The notes beneath the pieces were generated by a model, which searched no databases, was not told where the DNA came from, and was given only the letters and a program-made list of their open reading frames with translations. Below are positions 59,701-64,000 of a stretch of DNA of 64,000 nucleotides, piece by piece. The position numbers and the translations under genes are program-made. Origin of the DNA: Klebsormidium nitens (Eukaryota; Plantae; Klebsormidiophyceae); the NCBI GenBank assembly GCA_000708835.1, contig DF237020.1, forward strand, positions 62,001 through 126,000, in the 5' to 3' direction. The number at the start of each line of letters is the position of its first letter. The stretch's first letter is position 1.

Positions 59701-60866
59701 GGCAGCTTTGTAGGAAAAATAGTGGCTAAATGTACCTGCTGGAATCCGACAAGATTTACCGTACTTGAATCAAGCCAGCTCGGAGGAAAAAGAGAGGGTG
59801 TGCAAACAGAGGCAGAAAGTCATCGTTAAGGGGCCCAGTTAAAGACAAGTTGAGCAAGCGCTTGGAAAACAGAAACCTCTTTTTCTTCTCTAAAGAAGGT
59901 CTGAAAGCAGCACGCAGGAAACGCGGTTCTTGCCCCTCTTTAAAGTCCAGTAGTCTCATAGTACATTACCAACTGATCGCCAAATGAAAAGCCAGATGCA
60001 GCGTTCTGAGAAGGTCTGATCAAGTTTAGATGATGAGCTACAATCGAGATGATCAAGTGAGGAGTGCAGATGCAAAGACGGGCCATCTTACATAGCCTTC
60101 AGCAAGAATGAAAAGCTGTGGCCAGAAACATTACAGAGACAGCCGGTCCTGACACAGAACCAGCTGACTTGCGGGAGGGCTCTTGTTGTCGATCGATGAC
60201 ATCAGCTCCTGAAAAAAGGTGGTACCTTGCCAATTACGGCGTACCATTCTTCTGACGGACCACATGTTGGGATTCTACACCTTTCGAACAACTGAGAACC
60301 GCTTTGCATGCCTCCCACGTTTGCTGGTCAAACAGTTGACGCAGACACTGGTCACGCACAAGTGTAAAGAAAGCCAGCTCTGTCCTCTGCGCTTACTTGA
60401 CGAAATGTTCTGGCTTCTTTTCCCTCAGCAGCAGAGGTAGAATCATCGGCCTGTCCCCCTGCCACGGCTCACTCTGCGTTTGCCTCTGCTGTGCACCCCG
60501 TAGTTCCATCTCTTCCATGCTACTTCCCAGAATCTCGCCACCTCCAGCTGATAGAGCACTAGAGTTGCACCTCACAGTTCCTTGCTTCTTCGATGATGAT
60601 TTACCCCTTGAGCAGAAACTGAGCTTGTGCAACTTGAGTCTTCTAGTATGACCACCACCTTGAGGTACTCTTCCTGACCAGGTAGCTGATGCTGAGCGTG
60701 ATGTCGTAAATAGACACGAATCAACACCTCGAGAGCGAGGCAGCATGTGCCTCAAATGCTGGTGAATATCATCTCCATGCACTTTGTGCTGGTTGACATC
60801 TTTCAGAACAGACCCAAAGAATGGACCATGCCTTCCAATCGCAGCTATCGAGCTTGCATGTGCCAT
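56784..60866 (-). CDS. UbiA-superfamily prenyltransferase, digeranylgeranylglyceryl-phosphate-synthase-like, with transit-peptide-like N-terminus
   Basis: Exon 1 MAHASS...EHFV(K) (donor aa|gtaagc at ~60396; an in-frame upstream ATG at 60911 is possible). Then AAEGLLKMARLQNY...MLANDVFDFRSGTDQANERDTPL; YIYTPFLKRLLVVKNVIVA; LCREILMDVGDMVGDKAAGVRTVAV; last exon ...LLLATIV* (56784). Both Asp-rich UbiA motifs are present. Confidence 0.9.
59345..59555. repeat. Intronic tandem duplication, ~102 bp period
   Basis: tatgcacctcgggggcag(a/g)agtcaaaa(t/c)cagaaaagaggagggtatgtatca at 59381 and 59483. Confidence 0.9.
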
Positions 60867-61544
60867 GATGCTCGCACGTCTTCTAACCCTCTGCTGGCGG
60901 CCTTTGCGCAACTCTCAAATTGGCTTTTCTGACAGCCTGCCAGAACTGATGCCCAACCTGGAGTAGCAGAACAAGGGCCTCTTTCCTTTGGATGTTGAGA
61001 GCGTGAGGGGCTCGACACTGGTGGACAAAGGAAAGGGGAGCCCTTGTGCTGGAAAGCTGTGGACTGCGAATCACTCAGCTCCCATGAGGTTTGCATGCCA
61101 AAGAAGAGAATCTACAAGCAGTTGCGCTGGAGCTGACGTGGAGGGCTGTGACGATCCTGCACCCTCCGCTAGAGATCGTAGAATATTGGACGGCTGCGGA
61201 TTAGCCAGCCGCTTTCCTAATAGACGGTACGTAGGGTCAACGGTTGCATCGAACGGCTGAAAATACATCGTACACCTAGGACTAGAGCTGAAGTCCAGAG
61301 CTGGGCCTGGAATATTCACAAGCTGGTCCAGCCAACACAAGACTGTTGACAAAAGAGTGGAATTGAAAAGGGATTGCCTGCATTTCTTTTCAAATTCCAG
61401 GTGGTGGCCGGGCGCGCATTCAATGCGTAGTACCTATCATCATCTTCTAGCTGCAAGAAACGGGGCCTCCATGCTCTTCAAGTTTTGTTGAGTTGAGTTT
61501 TGTGGAATTGTCAGGGTAGCCATTTTGGATTCAGCAGAAGGACA

Positions 61545-62605
61545 ATGGCAGAGGAGTATGCGAATGACAGCGAGCGATTGAATGGAGTGATTGGCACATA
61601 CCGGGCCAAAAAGGCGGAAGAGTTTCCCAACGTGGAAGACTTGACGCCAGCGGAAGCACTCTCTCTCAGCCCTGAGTCTGTGTTGTTTGTTGATGCAAGG
61701 AGTGATGGAGGTGAGCCCTTAGTTTCCTTGGCCAACAATGTGGCCACTTCGTTTCTTTGGCCACCTTAAATGCTGTGTCCACCAGTTTCTGCATCAGCAT
61801 CCGCTCAATTGGAGATGGCCAAGGCCCAGCCGAGCATTTCAGCAACTTCTACAAGACTTCTAGTGTCAACTTTAAGGGAGCCCTGGTTCCAACATGTTCA
61901 AAGGAGAATCTCTGTTTGCCTTTCTGCATCACACCCGCAGTGATTAGTCAAAGGCAATATTGTACTTCTGTTTCTGATATTCATCCAAGGGTGTCATTCT
62001 GCAATCTCCATCAAACTTTCTTACGTCCGGCTTCCTCCTATTCCACAGAACGAGCTATGTCCACAATTCCAGGAGCTGTGACAAAGGACGATTTCTTGCA
62101 AAATAGCACGAAGCTTGCGGCCGGGAAGGACGTGGTGGTCACGTACTGCACTGTGGGGATAAGAGGAGGCCGTTTGGCTAAACAAATCAAGGATGCTCAT
62201 CCTGACTTGAAAGTGAGATTTGGCGCATAAGGTCATAGTTGATTTTTGTCATAACTTGTTGTAGTGGAGTCTCTGGCAAACTAAAGCAGAGCAACAACCA
62301 CTTGAAAGAGGAAAAATGTGAAAGGCTGCACTTTGGACTATCATTGCGTTTGATATGATTCTGGTGACAAATGCGTCCAAAACGATTCTTGAGTTGGACC
62401 CTGAGATACTTGAATGAAGTGCTGTTATTGTTTCCTTCCGCAGGTCAAAAATCTTGAAGGTGCCATCATTGCTTGGGCTCATGCAAGCGGGCCCCTTGTG
62501 GATGCAAATGGTGCACCCACAAAGACCTTTCACCCTTTTGGGCCCGGAGTGATGAAGTATACACCAAAAGAGAATGGTTATGAAGCCAAACTTGAGGACC
62601 AATGA
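61545..62605 (+). CDS. Single-domain rhodanese/sulfurtransferase-like protein, 3 exons
   Basis: Exons 61545-61710, 62049-62212 and 62444-62605 are phase-compatible. Motifs: VLFVDARSDGERAMSTIPGA, VVTYCTVGIRG (active-site Cys), VKNLEGAIIAW. Confidence 0.9.
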
Positions 62606-63541
62606 GGACCTTCCGTCCAAGTTGTCCTCTGAAACGGCAAAGTTTTGTACGTAGTGCAATCGACACATGGGTTTGCAAGGTTTTCTTGCGTGAGGGGTAT
62701 GTTGAACTGAAATAGAGTAAGTTGTCAACTAGAATGATGTTACTTGATGACAGAGTTGAAACGTGTGTTGGATGCTGTTTAGTTGGCGATTCCCTGTAGC
62801 CGGACGTGCGCGTGTTTCAGACTTAAACCCCTTAACTATGCGCACACTTCATTGAACTGAAGGTGGACCTGAAGGTGGACGAAACCATGCAAAAGGCTGC
62901 CTGTGATAACATGTGGCTGCTGCCGGTGGGCCGCCATCGTATGGTTTGTTGTGATCACTCGGACACTTATGTGGATCGCAAGTCGCATAGCTGGCGACGG
63001 ATGGAATAGCAGGGCATCGTGCACACGGCCGCGAGCTTTCAAACCTCTGATGCGACGGTGCTATAGAAGATGGTTCCAGCTCCAGAACGGCCATACATTT
63101 CGAGATGAATAGATACTATGATGCATATGGCATGTCCGATCATTTGGAGCGGGCCTAGCTTCGACTGTTTTCGCTGAGTAGTACCTGATTACGAAAAGGA
63201 TCCGGAGACGGCCAATAATAGATGTGTACCTAGAATGCGCAATTATTAAGCCTGCGCAAACTCTGGCTCAAGTGCAGGACACAATTATCATCCAAAAGGG
63301 CACATCGAGAAGGATTGCCGCCGGCACTTTCGTATACTATGCCACTGGTCAGTTGCTGGCATACAAAACTAATGTTCGCATTTATAACCTTTGATGAGTT
63401 CGACGGTTTTACGCATTTTTCGCATGAGCACGTACCGATGCAAGGTGACGCACATGTTGCACGTGCAGGTTTTACTGACAAAATTTTTCGGCTTTCTGTT
63501 CTGTGCGTGCATCCTTAATTTCATTGGTCCTGTCCAGACCA

Positions 63542-64000
63542 TCAAAGCACCCGAACAAAGTGCTGCGGGGGGCTAGCCCCCGTCGACCAGTCTGACTCGT
63601 ATCCTCCTGCGCGGTCGTTCTCCTTGACCATGCTCATCTTCCTCAACTTGCTCATGAGCATGCTTTGAAGGCCTTCCGCATCTTCTTCGGCTTCCTTGTC
63701 GCATCGAGAAGCTTCAACGTCTAAGAAACTCGCCCTTTCCCAACCACCAGCAGTCCCCTCTTGACCGTCGTCTTTCGCTCCGTCATTTGGAAGAGACAAC
63801 CTTTCTTCCTGCTGCGGGAAAACTTGGTCGTCATCCAGAACCGCAGCAGTCCATTCCTCGAGTACTGAAGCGTCCGCCAAACCCTTTTCTTCCAAGCTTC
63901 GCGCTCCTGGAACGACCGACTGCGTTCGACCGTCACCTAAGCCTTCGCCCGCCCTCGAGCCAGAGGCCCACAAGTCATCCTCCATATGCCCGTTGGCGAC
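63542..64000 (-). CDS. Partial CDS (3' part) of an unknown acidic low-complexity protein
   Basis: The frame is open from the window edge (VANGHMEDDLW...) for more than 150 codons with an E/D-rich composition. No recognisable domain; it may be an internal exon. Confidence 0.45.
   Translation of the reverse strand, partial: VANGHMEDDLWASGSRAGEGLGDGRTQSVVPGARSLEEKGLADASVLEEWTAAVLDDDQVFPQQEERLSLPNDGAKDDGQEGTAGGWERASFLDVEASRCDKEAEEDAEGLQSMLMSKLRKMSMVKENDRAGGYESDWSTGASPPQHFVRVL

Overview
Eukaryotic, intron-rich nuclear DNA with GT-AG introns of about 0.2-1.4 kb, GC-rich exons and one 445-nt N gap. The gene content and style suggest a streptophyte green alga, probably Klebsormidium (inference). Spliced genes reconstructed by eye, left to right: a WD40-repeat protein (-, runs off the left edge); a small ~92-aa plant-type protein absent from the ORF track (+); a PKA/PKG-like AGC kinase with a degenerate cNMP-binding domain (+); a HAD-superfamily hydrolase (-); an OSCA/CSC1/ERD4 channel (+); a proteinase-K-like S8 subtilase (-); a MIT-domain AAA ATPase built from many micro-exons (+); mitochondrial intermediate peptidase (M3A) (-); a DGGGP-synthase-like UbiA prenyltransferase (-); a single-domain rhodanese (+); and a partial unknown CDS at the right edge (-). 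Two things are not explained by these genes. (1) A gap-free 303-bp inverted pair (53046-53348 / 54069-54371), each arm consisting of a promoter-like upstream part, a TATA-like box and a ~195-nt highly structured GC-rich body. It looks like two convergent copies of an ncRNA gene matching no family I recognise. (2) Four different genes carry 125-160-bp tandem duplications that straddle a splice junction and leave decoy exon ends with intact splice sites inside introns. No rRNA, tRNA, CRISPR or transposase genes were seen. Exon coordinates are manual and approximate.
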